A stretch of 64,000 nucleotides of DNA from Planctomycetota bacterium (GTDB taxonomy: Bacteria > Planctomycetota > JAJSAM01 > JAJVHW01). The notes beneath the pieces are model-generated. The model saw nothing but the letters and a program-made list of their open reading frames with translations. It made no database searches and was not told the origin of the DNA. The translations under genes and the position numbers were made by a program. The stretch is from contig CBDFJG010000001.1 of NCBI GenBank assembly GCA_965248445.1, forward strand, positions 590,058 through 654,057, written 5' to 3'. Positions 19,640 through 30,070 of this stretch are shown in pieces; position 1 is the first letter of the stretch; each line of letters begins with the position of its first letter.

Positions 19640-21814
19640 TCAGTTCTCGCCGTCGTAGGGCACGTCGAGCTCGTTCGCCACGAATGCCCACTTGTCGGCG
19701 ACCTCGTCGATCTGCTTGCTGACCGGCTTTCCGGCGCCGTGACCCGCGCGGGTCTCGATCCGGATCAGGCACGGCGCGTCGCCGCCCTGCGCCCGCTGGA
19801 GTGCCGCGGCGAACTTGAAGCTGTGCGACGGCACGACGCGATCGTCGTGATCGCCCGTCATCACCATCGTGGGCGGGTACGAGGCACCCTCCTCGAGGTT
19901 GTGGTACGGCGAGTACTCACGGATATAGGCGAACGCATCCGGCTCATCTGGTGAGCCGTAGTCCGAGACCCAGGCCCATCCGATCGTGAACTTGTGGAAG
20001 CGCAGCATGTCGAGCACGCCCACGGCCGGGATGCACGCGCCGAACAGATCCGGCCGCTGCGTCATGCACGCACCGACGAGCAGCCCGCCGTTGCTCCCGC
20101 CCGCGATGGCGAGCTTCGGCGTCGACGTGTACTTCTCCGCGATCAGCCACTCGGCGGCCGCGATGAAGTCGTCGAACACGTTCTGCTTGCGCTCGAGCGT
20201 GCCGGCCGCGTGCCACTCCTCGCCGTATTCCCCGCCACCCCGCAGGTTCGCGACGGCATGCACCCCACCCATCTCGAGCCACACGAGGTTCGATATGGCG
20301 AATCCGGGTGTCAACGGGATGTTGAACCCGCCGTAACCGTAGAGGTACGTCGGGTTGTTCCCGTCGAGCACGAGGCCCTTCTTGTGCGTCAGGAACATCA
20401 GGATCCGCGTCCCGTCCTTCGAGTTGTAGAAGACCTGCTCCGTCTCGAACGCGGTGCGCTCGAACGGCAGTTCGACGCGGCGGAAGAGCGTGCTCTCACC
20501 GGTCACGACGTCGTAGCGGTGGATCTCCGTCGGCGTCGTGAAGCTCGAGTACGCGTAGTGCGTGACGTCATCGCCGACGTGCCCGCCGAAGCCCGTCGCC
20601 GTCCCGAGCCCGGGCAACGGCACGTCGCGAACGTGTGAACCGTCGAGCCCGTGCACCCGCACGAGGCTGCGCGCGTCCTGCAGGTACTCGCAGACGAGGT
20701 GATCTCCGACACGTGAGACGTTCCTCAGCGTCTCGTCGGCATGCGGGATCAGCTCGACCCACTGGTCGCGCGCCGGCCGGTCGAGGTCGATCGCGAGGAC
20801 CCGGCCGCGCTCGGCATCGAGATCGGTGCGCACGATGAAGCGGCGGCCGACGTTGGCCACGACGTCATAGCTCGCGTCGTTCTCGTCGAGCAAGCGGACG
20901 AGCTCACCCTCGCGGCCGTCGTCCAGATCGACGTAGTGGATGCGGTTCTCGCGCGCCGTGCCTTCCCACACGTAGATGACCAGGAACGCCCCGTCCTCGC
21001 TCACACGGGCGCCGAAGCCGCGCTTGGGGTGCTCGGGATCCTGGAGAACCACGCGATCTCCGTTGGGATCGGTCCCCAGCGCATGGAACTGCATGCGCTG
21101 CTTCTCGTTCTTGCTCTCGTACTCCTCGCCTTCCGCGGGCTGGTCGTAGCAGCTGTAGTAGAAGCCGCTGCCGTCCCGGGCCCACGCGGCGCCGCTGAAC
21201 TTCGCCCACTCGACTCGATCCGCGCGGTCCGCGCCGGTGGCCACCTCGCGTACACGCCACTCGATCCAGTCGGAGCCGGCGATCTGTACTGCATACGCGA
21301 CCAGCGCGCCGTCGGGACTCGGCGACACCTGCCCGAGAGCAACGGTGCCGTCCTCGGACAACTTGTTCGGATCGATGAGCGCGCGCGGCTCGGCGCCGTC
21401 GTGATCCACCACGTACAGAACGCTCTGGTCCTGCAGCCCGTCGTTGTGGCGGTAGAACGTCTTACCGCCGCGCCGGTAAGGAACGTCGTACCGTTCGTGG
21501 TCCCACAGGTCCTCGATCCGCTTGCGGATGGCGGCCCGCTGAGGGATGCCCGCGAGATGCGCCTGCGTCACCGCGTTCTGCGCCTCGACGAACGCAGCCG
21601 TTGCCGGACTGTCCAGGTCTTCCAGCCAGCGGTACGGATCGGCGACCTCGACACCGTGCAACGTCTCAACGACGTCGCCGCGACGCACGTCGGGGTAGGC
21701 CGGCGCTTCGGTGGTCTCGCTCATGGGTTGGTCGCCTCCGCAGGCCGCCACGATCGAGACAGCCGCCAGGACGGCGAAGACTCGGACAGAGTGGGCACCT
21801 GTTTGCATCTGCAT
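19640..21814 (-). CDS. Prolyl oligopeptidase (S9A), predicted lipoprotein
   Basis: DPYRWLE, GGSNGGLL, DDRV and AGHGAGK. Lipobox IVAAC. Confidence 0.95.
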   Translation of the reverse strand: MQMQTGAHSVRVFAVLAAVSIVAACGGDQPMSETTEAPAYPDVRRGDVVETLHGVEVADPYRWLEDLDSPATAAFVEAQNAVTQAHLAGIPQRAAIRKRIEDLWDHERYDVPYRRGGKTFYRHNDGLQDQSVLYVVDHDGAEPRALIDPNKLSEDGTVALGQVSPSPDGALVAYAVQIAGSDWIEWRVREVATGADRADRVEWAKFSGAAWARDGSGFYYSCYDQPAEGEEYESKNEKQRMQFHALGTDPNGDRVVLQDPEHPKRGFGARVSEDGAFLVIYVWEGTARENRIHYVDLDDGREGELVRLLDENDASYDVVANVGRRFIVRTDLDAERGRVLAIDLDRPARDQWVELIPHADETLRNVSRVGDHLVCEYLQDARSLVRVHGLDGSHVRDVPLPGLGTATGFGGHVGDDVTHYAYSSFTTPTEIHRYDVVTGESTLFRRVELPFERTAFETEQVFYNSKDGTRILMFLTHKKGLVLDGNNPTYLYGYGGFNIPLTPGFAISNLVWLEMGGVHAVANLRGGGEYGEEWHAAGTLERKQNVFDDFIAAAEWLIAEKYTSTPKLAIAGGSNGGLLVGACMTQRPDLFGACIPAVGVLDMLRFHKFTIGWAWVSDYGSPDEPDAFAYIREYSPYHNLEEGASYPPTMVMTGDHDDRVVPSHSFKFAAALQRAQGGDAPCLIRIETRAGHGAGKPVSKQIDEVADKWAFVANELDVPYDGEN

Positions 21815-21901
21815 CTCTCTGGTCCAGCGCCACCCGCGCGCGCCGAGCCGCAGATCGTAGCCCGGCCGCAGGCTTCGTCCACGCGCAGGTCGGGCGCGGC
21901 G

Positions 21902-23079
21902 TCAGCTGAGGCCGGAGAGCGCCTGATCGACGTCCGCCCAGACGTCCTCGACGTGCTCGATCCCGCACGAGATACGCAGGAGCCCGTCGCCGATCCCGAG
22001 CAGTTCGCGCTGCTCGGCGGTCAACGCGGCGTGAGACGACGTGGCGGGGTGCGCCACGGTCGTCGTCACGCCGCCCAGGCTGGGCGTGAACGTGAGCAGG
22101 CGCAGGGCCCGCACGAAGTCGTCGACGCGAGCCCGCGAACCCGTGTCGAACGCCACGAGCGCGCATGCGCCCGAGTGATGCACGGCCCCACCGCCGGGTG
22201 TTCGCGCAGGCGTGCGGCCAGTGTCGCCGCGTTCTGGCACCCGCGCTCCATGCGGAGTGCGAGCGTGCGCAGCCCGCGGTCGCAGAGCCACGCGTCGAAC
22301 GGACTGGCCCGGCCGCCCAGGTGGACCGACTTCGTGCGCACACGGTCCATATCCGCTGTGGTGCCGCACACGACACCGACCGTCACGTCGTGGTGTCCGC
22401 CGAGGAACTTGGTCCCCGAGTGCAAGACGATGTCTGCGCCCTCGGTGAGCGGGCGGGAGAGCATCGGCGTCGCGAACGTCCCATCTACGACGAGGCGGAC
22501 GTCCGCATCTCCGCACGCAGCCGCTAGCGCGGCGACGTCCACGCGGCGGAGCAGGGGATTCGAGATGGACTCGACGAGCAGCAGCTTCGGGTTGCCGCCG
22601 GCCGCCGCGCGGACGGCGTCCGTGTCGTACGCATCGACCGCAACGACATCGATGCCCAGCGGCCCGAGGTCGCCCTCTAACAGTCCCATCGTGCCGCCGT
22701 ACGCGTCGGACTGGACAAGGACCGCGTCTCCGGAAGATGCGAAGGCCAGCACCGTCGCCGAGATCGCCGCGAGTCCGCTCGCCGTCGCCACGCCGTCCTC
22801 GGCCTCCTCGAGCGCCACCATGGACAGCTCGAGCGTGCGGCCGTTCGGGTGGCCGTACCGCGCGTACGCGTATCCCTCGCGACCGGACAGTGGACGGAGC
22901 GACGCGGCCACGTCCTCGAAGTCGTACGCGGTGCTGACCTGCAGCGGCGGCCGGTGCGGGCGCGCGCGCAGGCCCGGGGGCTGCTGCTCGGGAGCAGGTG
23001 CGCGGGCGCCACGGGCCGCCTGCGTCTCCCTGCGCTGCACCGCTTCTCTGGGCGGCGCCGGCGGCTCCTTGTCACTCAT
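21902..23079 (-). pseudogene. Cys/Met metabolism PLP enzyme (cystathionine gamma-synthase/lyase family) with an apparent frameshift
   Basis: YARYGHP, ESISNP, DGTFATP and [12 protein letters not shown] are in one frame. SLGG..T...HPATSSH and LLRISCGIE are in another. The switch is at the G-run near 22186-22189. Confidence 0.85.
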
Positions 23080-23101
23080 CCGAGCAGGGTACCCCGCCGA
23101 C

Positions 23102-24475
23102 TCAACGGGTTCGAAGTGGAGCGTGGAACTTCACGAAGAGCCGGCCGGCACGGGTCACGACCAACACCCGGCCCGCGAGGGCCTCCGGGGCACCTTCCGG
23201 CGGCAGCGTGACATCGCACTCGACCCAGACCGAGAGGCGTCGGCCTGCGCCCAGCGCGGTCCGCCTCGTGGGCTGTCCGATGCGCAGCCGCTCATCCGTG
23301 AACTCCAGCAGCGGAGACGCAACCAAGTCGGCCGTTCGCAACCCCTTCGCGAAGTGCAGACCAACGTGCAGACGCACGAGGGCGCGTCCCGTGCTGTCGC
23401 CGACGATCACGGTCTCGACGGTGATGCGCTCCCCGGCGTTCTCGGACCCGGCGAAATCAAGCTCGCTACGCTCGACCGTCTTGCGCACGCGCGGATCGAG
23501 CAACTCCGCACCGGAGAGGCCCGTACGGAGGTCGAGCGGGTGCTCGTCGCGCGGCTGTATCGACCGCCGGGCTTCGCTGACCCACGGATAGAACGGGTAC
23601 GGCTTGTCGAGCAACGGCCCGTACTGCTGGATGCGACGACGCCAGATGTACTGCTTCTTCCGGAGATCCAGGGCGCCGGACCAGGCGTCCACAGCCCGTT
23701 GGAAGTCCCCCGGCTGCGCACCGTTCGAGTCGTGGCGCATGCGATGCGCAACGCCCAGGCGGAACCGCGCGGCCGCGTCCTCGGAGTGCGTGTCGACGTA
23801 CGCGCCGATCGTCTCAATCGCTCCGTCGCGAGCGTCCTCGGAGCCCCACAGCAGGGATGTCAGGGCCTCGAAGTACTTGCGATCGGGAGCCGTCCGAGCC
23901 ATCCCGTCGAGCTCGATCAGACGACCCTTGGCGTGCGCGCCGTCGGCCGGCGGCAGGTCATCGGGGGCGTCGAACGCGACGTCGAGGAACTCCTTCTCGA
24001 TCGTCTCGAGCGTCGGCCGTTTGGAACGCACGACGCCGTGTTCGTCGACCAGCGTCAGGTTCGGCACGGCGGCAGCCCCCGTGACGTTCAGCGGATCCCA
24101 CAGGATCGGCCAGTCGATCTCGTGCCACTGAGCGAACAGGCGCGCGCGGTCCCGGTGCTGTTCCTGCACGATGCCGATGACCGCGAGCTTCCCGCTCTTG
24201 CGCCACTTCTCGGTCGCGCGGTGCCACACGGGCACCTTCTTGCGGCAACCCGCTCACCAGGAGGCAAACTCGATCAGGAGCAACTTCTTGCCGCGGTAGT
24301 CCGAGAGGCGGACCGTCTGCTCACCGTCGATCGTTGGCAATCGCACGTCGGGCAGGACCTCCCCGATCGCGGCCCGTGCCGGCTCTCGGTCGCCCGCGAT
24401 CGCCACGGCGCTGAGCGTAACGACAAGCATTGTCGCGAGCCTGCGTGGACGCATCACAAGCCTGCGTGGACGCAT
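23102..24475 (-). CDS. Exported thioredoxin-fold (TlpA/AhpC-like) selenoprotein with a UxxC motif and a TPR-like region
   Basis: ORFs 24254-24475 and 23102-24235 are in frame across a TGA: LIEFASW-U-AGCRKK. A SECIS-like hairpin follows. Confidence 0.85.
24220..24236 (-). promoter_or_regulatory. Putative bacterial SECIS hairpin
   Basis: mRNA GGUGCC-CGUGU-GGCACC begins 17 nt after the UGA, with GU early in the loop. Confidence 0.65.
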
Positions 24476-24477
24476 CA
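24438..24477. repeat. Two-copy tandem repeat, 21-bp period
   Basis: agcctgcgtggacgcatca at 24438-24456 and 24459-24477 encodes MRPRRLV-MRPRRLA. Confidence 0.9.
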
Positions 24478-24846
24478 GAAGAAGCCGTGATCCAGGTCCA
24501 CCTCGTGGCTGTCCAGGACCCCTTCACTCAGCCGGATCGTGACTGTGCCGTGCGTGTTTCCCGGATCGATGTCCGCAGCGACACGCGCAAAGCGATCCTT
24601 GCCGTGGGAGTCCTTCCACCGCACGCGGACCTTTTCGGTCGGTGCGGTGGGCTCGACCTTGACGCTGTCGCTGGCGCCGTCTTCCAGATCATCGAGCGGG
24701 TACTCCGTCCCCTGTACCTCGACCCGCACTGACGTGAGTGTCACGCCGGACACGTTCTCGACGACAACCCGGATGCCCTTGCCGAGCGCCACCCACACGA
24801 AGAGTGCGATCGTGAGCACCGCGACGACTACCGCGACCTTCTTCAT
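24475..24846 (-). CDS. Membrane-anchored beta-rich hypothetical protein
   Basis: MKKVAVVV N-terminal helix. Overlaps both neighbours. Confidence 0.7.
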   Translation of the reverse strand: MKKVAVVVAVLTIALFVWVALGKGIRVVVENVSGVTLTSVRVEVQGTEYPLDDLEDGASDSVKVEPTAPTEKVRVRWKDSHGKDRFARVAADIDPGNTHGTVTIRLSEGVLDSHEVDLDHGFF

Positions 24847-26678
24847 TCGTCGTCCTCTTCTTCGGTGGCGGGCGGCACTTCGCTCGCGAGCGGGATCCAC
24901 TCGACGTACCCGATCATCATCTCCTCCGAAGTCTGCTCCCCGAAGCGCACTCTGCGCGTGGGGTCGGGATTGGCCGGGTTGTCGGCGCTGTTGTCGAACC
25001 ACGCAACGCAGTCGATCCGCGCTCCGGCAGGCACGTCGATGGGATCGCGGAGGCGGTAGTTCAGCTGCCAGTTGAAGTCGTACCGCGGCACGTCGAGGAG
25101 CCGCGTGCGCTCCCCGTCCGGCAGCACCAGTTCGTAACGGAAGCCGGCACCGCGGAGGTGCATGTGCGGCGTGAGAGACAGCAGACGCGCCGGCTGGCGG
25201 AACGAGTGGTCCGCGCGAACTGCGTGGCGCTTCGCACCGGGGGGGATGCGGAAGCGAGTATTGTGGATGCCCGTCGAACGCACCTCGTGGTCCGGGGGGC
25301 CGTCCGTGAACACGAGACCGAGCCGCGGTCGGTCCTGCACCGCCTCGCCGTTCGGCGTGTAGTGGATCTGGAAGCGCAGGCGCGCGCCCTTCGGCAAGAA
25401 GCGCCCGGACGCGCGCGGGAACACCAGGTGGTTCTGTCCGGGGACCATCGCTGCGAAGTACCCGGAGACACCATTCTGGTCGCGCGGCTGCTCCATCATC
25501 CGCGGGTGTGACGCCGGATAGTGGCAGAACACGAGGATGTGGTGCACGACCTGGGGGTGCGTCGGCTGCACCTCGAACGCGCGCACCCACTTGTCCTCGT
25601 CGAACGACGTGGTCAGCGTCTGATACTGGTACTGCATGATGCCGTCGGCCGGCACGTCGGTCGTCTTGGGCACGTCGATCACGACGTCCGGCCGGCCGAT
25701 GTTCCAGCCGGTCGCCCGCGCGATCGGTAGGGGCGCGTCCGACGTCTCGCCCTCTGGGCAGTCGCCCGCGATCCACTCGAGAAGCGTCGCGCGCTCCCGC
25801 TCGGTGAGACTCAGGTCGTTGCCCATCGGCACGGAGTGGGCCGCGTCGGCAAACCACGGCGGCATGACCCGACGCTCGACGACATCGGCGATCATCGCGC
25901 GATGCCCGCGCACCTCCTTGTACGACGTCAGCGAGAAGGGCGCGCTTTGCTGCGGCCGATGGCACGAGACGCACCGACGATCGACGATGCGCGCCACGCT
26001 GCCGTGGTACGTCGGCAGTTCCTCCGCCGCAAGCGCATCGCCGGCTGCGACTGCGCACCCCGGAGCGGTCGTGGCGGCGACGTCCGGCGCGGCGTTCGCC
26101 GCCACCGACGCCAGCGCGTCACGCAGGTAGTGGTGCCGCGCCGCCGCGAGCGCGTAGCCGAACCCGTAGCGATCGTCGATCGCACCGCGGTAGACCAGTG
26201 TGCGCGCGCCGTCGAGGACGAACGCCTCGGTCGTCGTCCCGACGCGCAGCGCCCGGGCCAGCTCACCGCCTGGATCGTGGATCCAGCGGCCGGAGACACC
26301 GGTCTTCTCCCGGCTCGTGCGCACCATCTCGACCGTGTCGGCCTCACCGACGCCGAGCACGATGCAGACGATCCCGTCTTTCTCGAACTGCGCCGAGAGT
26401 GACTTCTGCGTCGGGCCGTACCGCTTGGACAGCGGGCACGTGGTCGAACGGGCGAGCACCACGACCGTCTTGCCCCTGTACTCCGACAGCCGTCCGACCT
26501 TGCCGTCGATGTCAGAGAACGCCGCGTCCGCAACGAGGACCCCGACGCCGGCTGCGGCCGCGTCGAGTGTGCGCGGCGCCTGGCGCACGGCGCTCTCGCC
26601 CTCCCCCGCGGTGATGCTCACGGGCCACGCGACGCACGCAATGCCGAGGAGGGTCAGCAGAGTGCGTATGACCGTCAC
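24843..26678 (-). CDS. Redoxin + c-type cytochrome + Cu type II (PHM-like) monooxygenase fusion protein
   Basis: TCP..K.Y and YRGAIDD redoxin motifs, CVSCH heme motif, MPPW, VVHH, PHMHLRG, YDFNWQ and EEM. Confidence 0.85.
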   Translation of the reverse strand: MTVIRTLLTLLGIACVAWPVSITAGEGESAVRQAPRTLDAAAAGVGVLVADAAFSDIDGKVGRLSEYRGKTVVVLARSTTCPLSKRYGPTQKSLSAQFEKDGIVCIVLGVGEADTVEMVRTSREKTGVSGRWIHDPGGELARALRVGTTTEAFVLDGARTLVYRGAIDDRYGFGYALAAARHHYLRDALASVAANAAPDVAATTAPGCAVAAGDALAAEELPTYHGSVARIVDRRCVSCHRPQQSAPFSLTSYKEVRGHRAMIADVVERRVMPPWFADAAHSVPMGNDLSLTERERATLLEWIAGDCPEGETSDAPLPIARATGWNIGRPDVVIDVPKTTDVPADGIMQYQYQTLTTSFDEDKWVRAFEVQPTHPQVVHHILVFCHYPASHPRMMEQPRDQNGVSGYFAAMVPGQNHLVFPRASGRFLPKGARLRFQIHYTPNGEAVQDRPRLGLVFTDGPPDHEVRSTGIHNTRFRIPPGAKRHAVRADHSFRQPARLLSLTPHMHLRGAGFRYELVLPDGERTRLLDVPRYDFNWQLNYRLRDPIDVPAGARIDCVAWFDNSADNPANPDPTRRVRFGEQTSEEMMIGYVEWIPLASEVPPATEEEDDE

Positions 26679-27097
26679 GCGTCTCCCTCGCCGGAATCCC
26701 CCGCCGCGTGCAGACGCCACCGCATCCCGGCGAACGTCAGGAGCAGCGCGGGTGCAATGGTCAACAGCTGCGCCAACCGCCCGATCTCGAAGACGAGTTG
26801 CGCGCCGGTGACCCAGAGGAGCGAGTAGAGCGCCGCACCTACGCCGAGCCAGAGCGCGCGCCCCGTCCACGGACGTCCGTTCCACATGCCCGCCGCGGCG
26901 AGGCCCGGGAAGAGGACGTACGCGATGAAATCCGGAGGTACGAAGCTCCAGGCGAAGTGTGGCTCGACGCCCGCCGGCAGGTACTGCTCCGCCACGAGTT
27001 CAGGACGCAGAAGCGTGACGACGATGCCCGCTGTGCCCGCGAGCGACAGCGCGATCAGCGCAGCGGTCCACCAGCGTCTCTCCCCCCGTGCGAGCAT
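26675..27097 (-). CDS. Multi-pass membrane protein
   Basis: About four hydrophobic segments. GTGA coupling to the next gene. Confidence 0.65.
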   Translation of the reverse strand: MLARGERRWWTAALIALSLAGTAGIVVTLLRPELVAEQYLPAGVEPHFAWSFVPPDFIAYVLFPGLAAAGMWNGRPWTGRALWLGVGAALYSLLWVTGAQLVFEIGRLAQLLTIAPALLLTFAGMRWRLHAAGDSGEGDA

Positions 27098-27133
27098 CTG
27101 ACCCTTCTAACAAAATTGGGCTACCAGTCCCGG

Positions 27134-27700
27134 TCACCAGTGATGGCCGAACCCGAAGCCGTAGCCGTGGTGGCCGCCGTAGTGGCCGAACCCGAAGGAC
27201 CAGTGGCCGTAGTGCGGGTACGCGTCATGGTAGGCGTATCGCACCCGCTCGAAGTTGACGTGTCCGTCCGCGGTCTTGTTCCCGACGAGGGCCCTCCAGC
27301 GGACGGCCAGGCCGTCGAGGTCGACGTCGACGTCCTCGGGGAGCCCGAAGTACGCCGTGAACTGCCGCGACGTACCAGCCGGGACCGTCGTGTCACCGTC
27401 CGGGCCGAAGCCCACCAGCGGTAGGTCGATCAGGTCGGCCGACACGGCGTTCAGGTGCTCCTTCTGGAGCGTGACGTCCCGGTCGGGTGGCGCTTCGATG
27501 CGGAGCCGGACGTCCACCGACTCGGGCAGTCCGTCGGCGGCCGAGGCGCGGCGCACACCTTCGACGGCGGCGAGCACGCGGGCCTTGCTCTCGGTGACAG
27601 CGACGGCGGGAGCCGGCGAGTACTGAAAGCCGGGACGGTAGGTGGAGCAGGCGGAGAGCAGCAGCAGGGCCGCCGCGGGAATGAGGATGCGATGGGTCAT
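27134..27700 (-). CDS. Lipoprotein with a His/Gly/aromatic-rich C-terminus
   Basis: Lipobox LLSAC. Tail HYGHWSFGFGHYGGHHGYGFGFGHHW. Confidence 0.75.
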   Translation of the reverse strand: MTHRILIPAAALLLLSACSTYRPGFQYSPAPAVAVTESKARVLAAVEGVRRASAADGLPESVDVRLRIEAPPDRDVTLQKEHLNAVSADLIDLPLVGFGPDGDTTVPAGTSRQFTAYFGLPEDVDVDLDGLAVRWRALVGNKTADGHVNFERVRYAYHDAYPHYGHWSFGFGHYGGHHGYGFGFGHHW

Positions 27701-27782
27701 GGTGTCTCTCCGTGAGGAGGGTGTCCGGGGGACCCGCCGCTAAGAGGGTACCCTCCCGCTTCGAACCGACAGGAGAACGTCC

Positions 27783-28349
27783 ATGGCCAAGCTCTACTTC
27801 CGGTACGGCGCCGTCAGCAGCGCGAAGACCCTGAACCTCCTCGCGGTCGCACACAACTACGAACGGCAGGGCAAGCGCGTGCGCGTCCTGAAGCCCCGCC
27901 GCGACACGCGTGACGGCGACCGCACTGTCGCCAGCCGCGCAGGTCTCGGGCGGGACGCGGACGCGCTCCTGGACGACGACGCACCGCTCGACCCCGCCGA
28001 CTTCTCGGGGCACGACTGTGTCCTGCTCGACGAGGCGCAGTTCCTCTCCCCGGACCTCGTGGACCAGCTCCGCGACCTGACCCGCGACCCCGGCGTACCG
28101 GTCATCTGCTACGGCCTGAGGACCGACTTCCGCACACGCCTGTTCCCGGGCAGCCGCCGCCTGCTCGAGGTTGCCGACAGCATCGAGGAGATCAAGACCA
28201 CCTGCGCCGGCTGCAACAGCAAGGCCGTCTTCAACCTGAAGACCGAAGAGGGTCGGGCCGTACGCGAAGGCGACCCCGTCGAACTCGGGGACCACGACCT
28301 CTATCGCGGGGTGTGCTACGAGCACTACGTGGCGGCGTTCGCGGACTGA
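27783..28349 (+). CDS. tdk: Thymidine kinase
   Basis: AKLYFRYG..SSAKT, DEAQF, YGLRTDF and a Zn-binding Cys pattern. Confidence 0.95.
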   Translation: MAKLYFRYGAVSSAKTLNLLAVAHNYERQGKRVRVLKPRRDTRDGDRTVASRAGLGRDADALLDDDAPLDPADFSGHDCVLLDEAQFLSPDLVDQLRDLTRDPGVPVICYGLRTDFRTRLFPGSRRLLEVADSIEEIKTTCAGCNSKAVFNLKTEEGRAVREGDPVELGDHDLYRGVCYEHYVAAFAD

Positions 28350-28671
28350 GCCGGCGCCGCCGCCGCCGGGACGATCCGACGCAGCTTCCGCGTGCGCATG
28401 GCTCGCGCCGCCCTGCAGCCGGCGAAGCACGTGGAGCGCGCAATCGAAGTCGGTGTCGCGTATTGCGGCACCGCGTACGCGACCACCGCGCTCGTGCGCT
28501 ACCGGGTCCGGCGCAAGATCGGCACGGCAAAGCTGACCGGCTCGGAGTAGCACGGGGCCCTCGCGCGCGAGGCTGCCGCGAAAGCCCGCTTGTCGTGGCA
28601 CCACCAGTGAGTGTTACTCTCCGGCGCGGCGAAGCCGCGATGGCAGCGCCAATCTCAACTGGAGGTGAGAG

Positions 28672-29826
28672 ATGACGTGGAAGGTCGCTGCAGTTGCAGC
28701 TCTGACGATGCTCGCGATCGCGCCTGGAGTGGTGACTGAGTCCGCGGACGCGGCTCCCGGGATCTCCACCGAGGCTGGGTTCCAGGCGGCGCTCGACGCT
28801 GGTGCCACGCGCATCCGGCTCGCGCCCCGGTCGACGATCAGCATCAAGACCGGACTCACCCACTCCGGTACGAACCGAGTCACCATCTCCGGTCGCAACG
28901 CGACGCTCGACGCCCGTTTCGTGCCGGGCGACGCGATGGTGTTCTCCGGAGGCGGGAACATCACGATCAGCCACATGTCGCTGATCAACGCGCCGAATCG
29001 CGGGATCGTCATCGACGTGCCGGCGGGCGCGACCGGGAACGTGACGGTGAAGATGCGCAAAGTCACAGTCCAGCGCTGTGACGGCATCGGCGTGCATCTG
29101 GACGACTCCGACGCGTCGGCCGCAGGCGTCTACCTTCAGATGCGTCAGTGCAAGATGCTGAACAACGGGGTCCGCACGAGCTCGGGCGGCACCGCAGATC
29201 AGGATGCGGTGCGCGTGGACGAGGCCGGTACCGGTGACCTCCGCGCACACTTCGACCGCGTGTTCTGCGAGGGCAACAAGCACGACGCCATTCAGGTCTC
29301 TGAGTCCGGCGACGGCAACCTGCGCGCGTTCGTGTACAGGACCATCTTCTTGCGGAACGGGAACATCACCGACCGCGGGGACGGCATCAACATCGACGAG
29401 TCGGGCGACGGATTCCTGTTCACCCAGCTGCGTGGCATCACGGCGACTCAGAACATCGGCGCCGGCGTCGATTGCAGCGAGTCGGGCAACGGGGACGCGA
29501 TCGTGCGCTTGACGCACGCGACCGTGCGCGCCTGCCGCGGCGACCGGGTCACGGCCACCGAATCCGGTGACGGCGACCTGAGCGCCAACTTCCTGAGGCT
29601 GACGTCGCTGCAGAACCACATGAACGGTCTGGAGCTCACCGAGAGTGGCGCCGGGGACTTCCTCCTCCACTATCGGGGCAGCGTCTGCAGCAAGAACAAG
29701 GGCGACGGCACCACGCTCGCGCAGAGCGGCGGCGGGACCGGCCTGGCCGAGCTCGGGCACGTGAGGCTCAAGCTCAACCGAGGCGAGAACCTCCGGGCCA
29801 CCGGGGTCACGGTCAACCAGCGCTAG
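28672..29826 (+). CDS. Secreted beta-helix repeat protein
   Basis: Signal peptide and a repeated (D/N)G....ESG.GD unit. GGAGG RBS. Confidence 0.8.
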   Translation: MTWKVAAVAALTMLAIAPGVVTESADAAPGISTEAGFQAALDAGATRIRLAPRSTISIKTGLTHSGTNRVTISGRNATLDARFVPGDAMVFSGGGNITISHMSLINAPNRGIVIDVPAGATGNVTVKMRKVTVQRCDGIGVHLDDSDASAAGVYLQMRQCKMLNNGVRTSSGGTADQDAVRVDEAGTGDLRAHFDRVFCEGNKHDAIQVSESGDGNLRAFVYRTIFLRNGNITDRGDGINIDESGDGFLFTQLRGITATQNIGAGVDCSESGNGDAIVRLTHATVRACRGDRVTATESGDGDLSANFLRLTSLQNHMNGLELTESGAGDFLLHYRGSVCSKNKGDGTTLAQSGGGTGLAELGHVRLKLNRGENLRATGVTVNQR

Positions 29827-29841
29827 CCCTCACGGGTCTTC

Positions 29842-29879
29842 GAAGAGGCGCCGCCGGGCTCCCCCGGTGGCGCCTCTTC
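29842..29879 (+). terminator. GC-rich hairpin, possible terminator
   Basis: gaagaggcgcc...ggcgcctcttc inverted repeat just after the stop codon. No strong U-tract. Confidence 0.5.
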
Positions 29880-30070
29880 GCGTCCCCGAGCCTAGAATCC
29901 GCTCAAAAGGAGCGCGGCCCACGGGCCGGTGGGCGGATACCGTGACGGCACCTCGACCTTTCGGGGTGCATCGTTCGTCCTGAGTGCAGGCGTCAAAGCG
30001 CCGCACATCCTGCTGGTGCCAGAGCGGTTCGATGTCTGAAGTTGCGCGCCGGTAGAAATGAGATGGATAG

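Noticed and set aside
24438..24477. CRISPR array
   Set aside because: Only two adjacent copies, with no spacers and no cas genes.
20741..24490. 1249-aa plus-strand ORF and similar long ORFs (2944-5502, 41433-44258, 60166-62943)
   Set aside because: Antisense shadows of well-supported genes in high-GC DNA, with no motifs.
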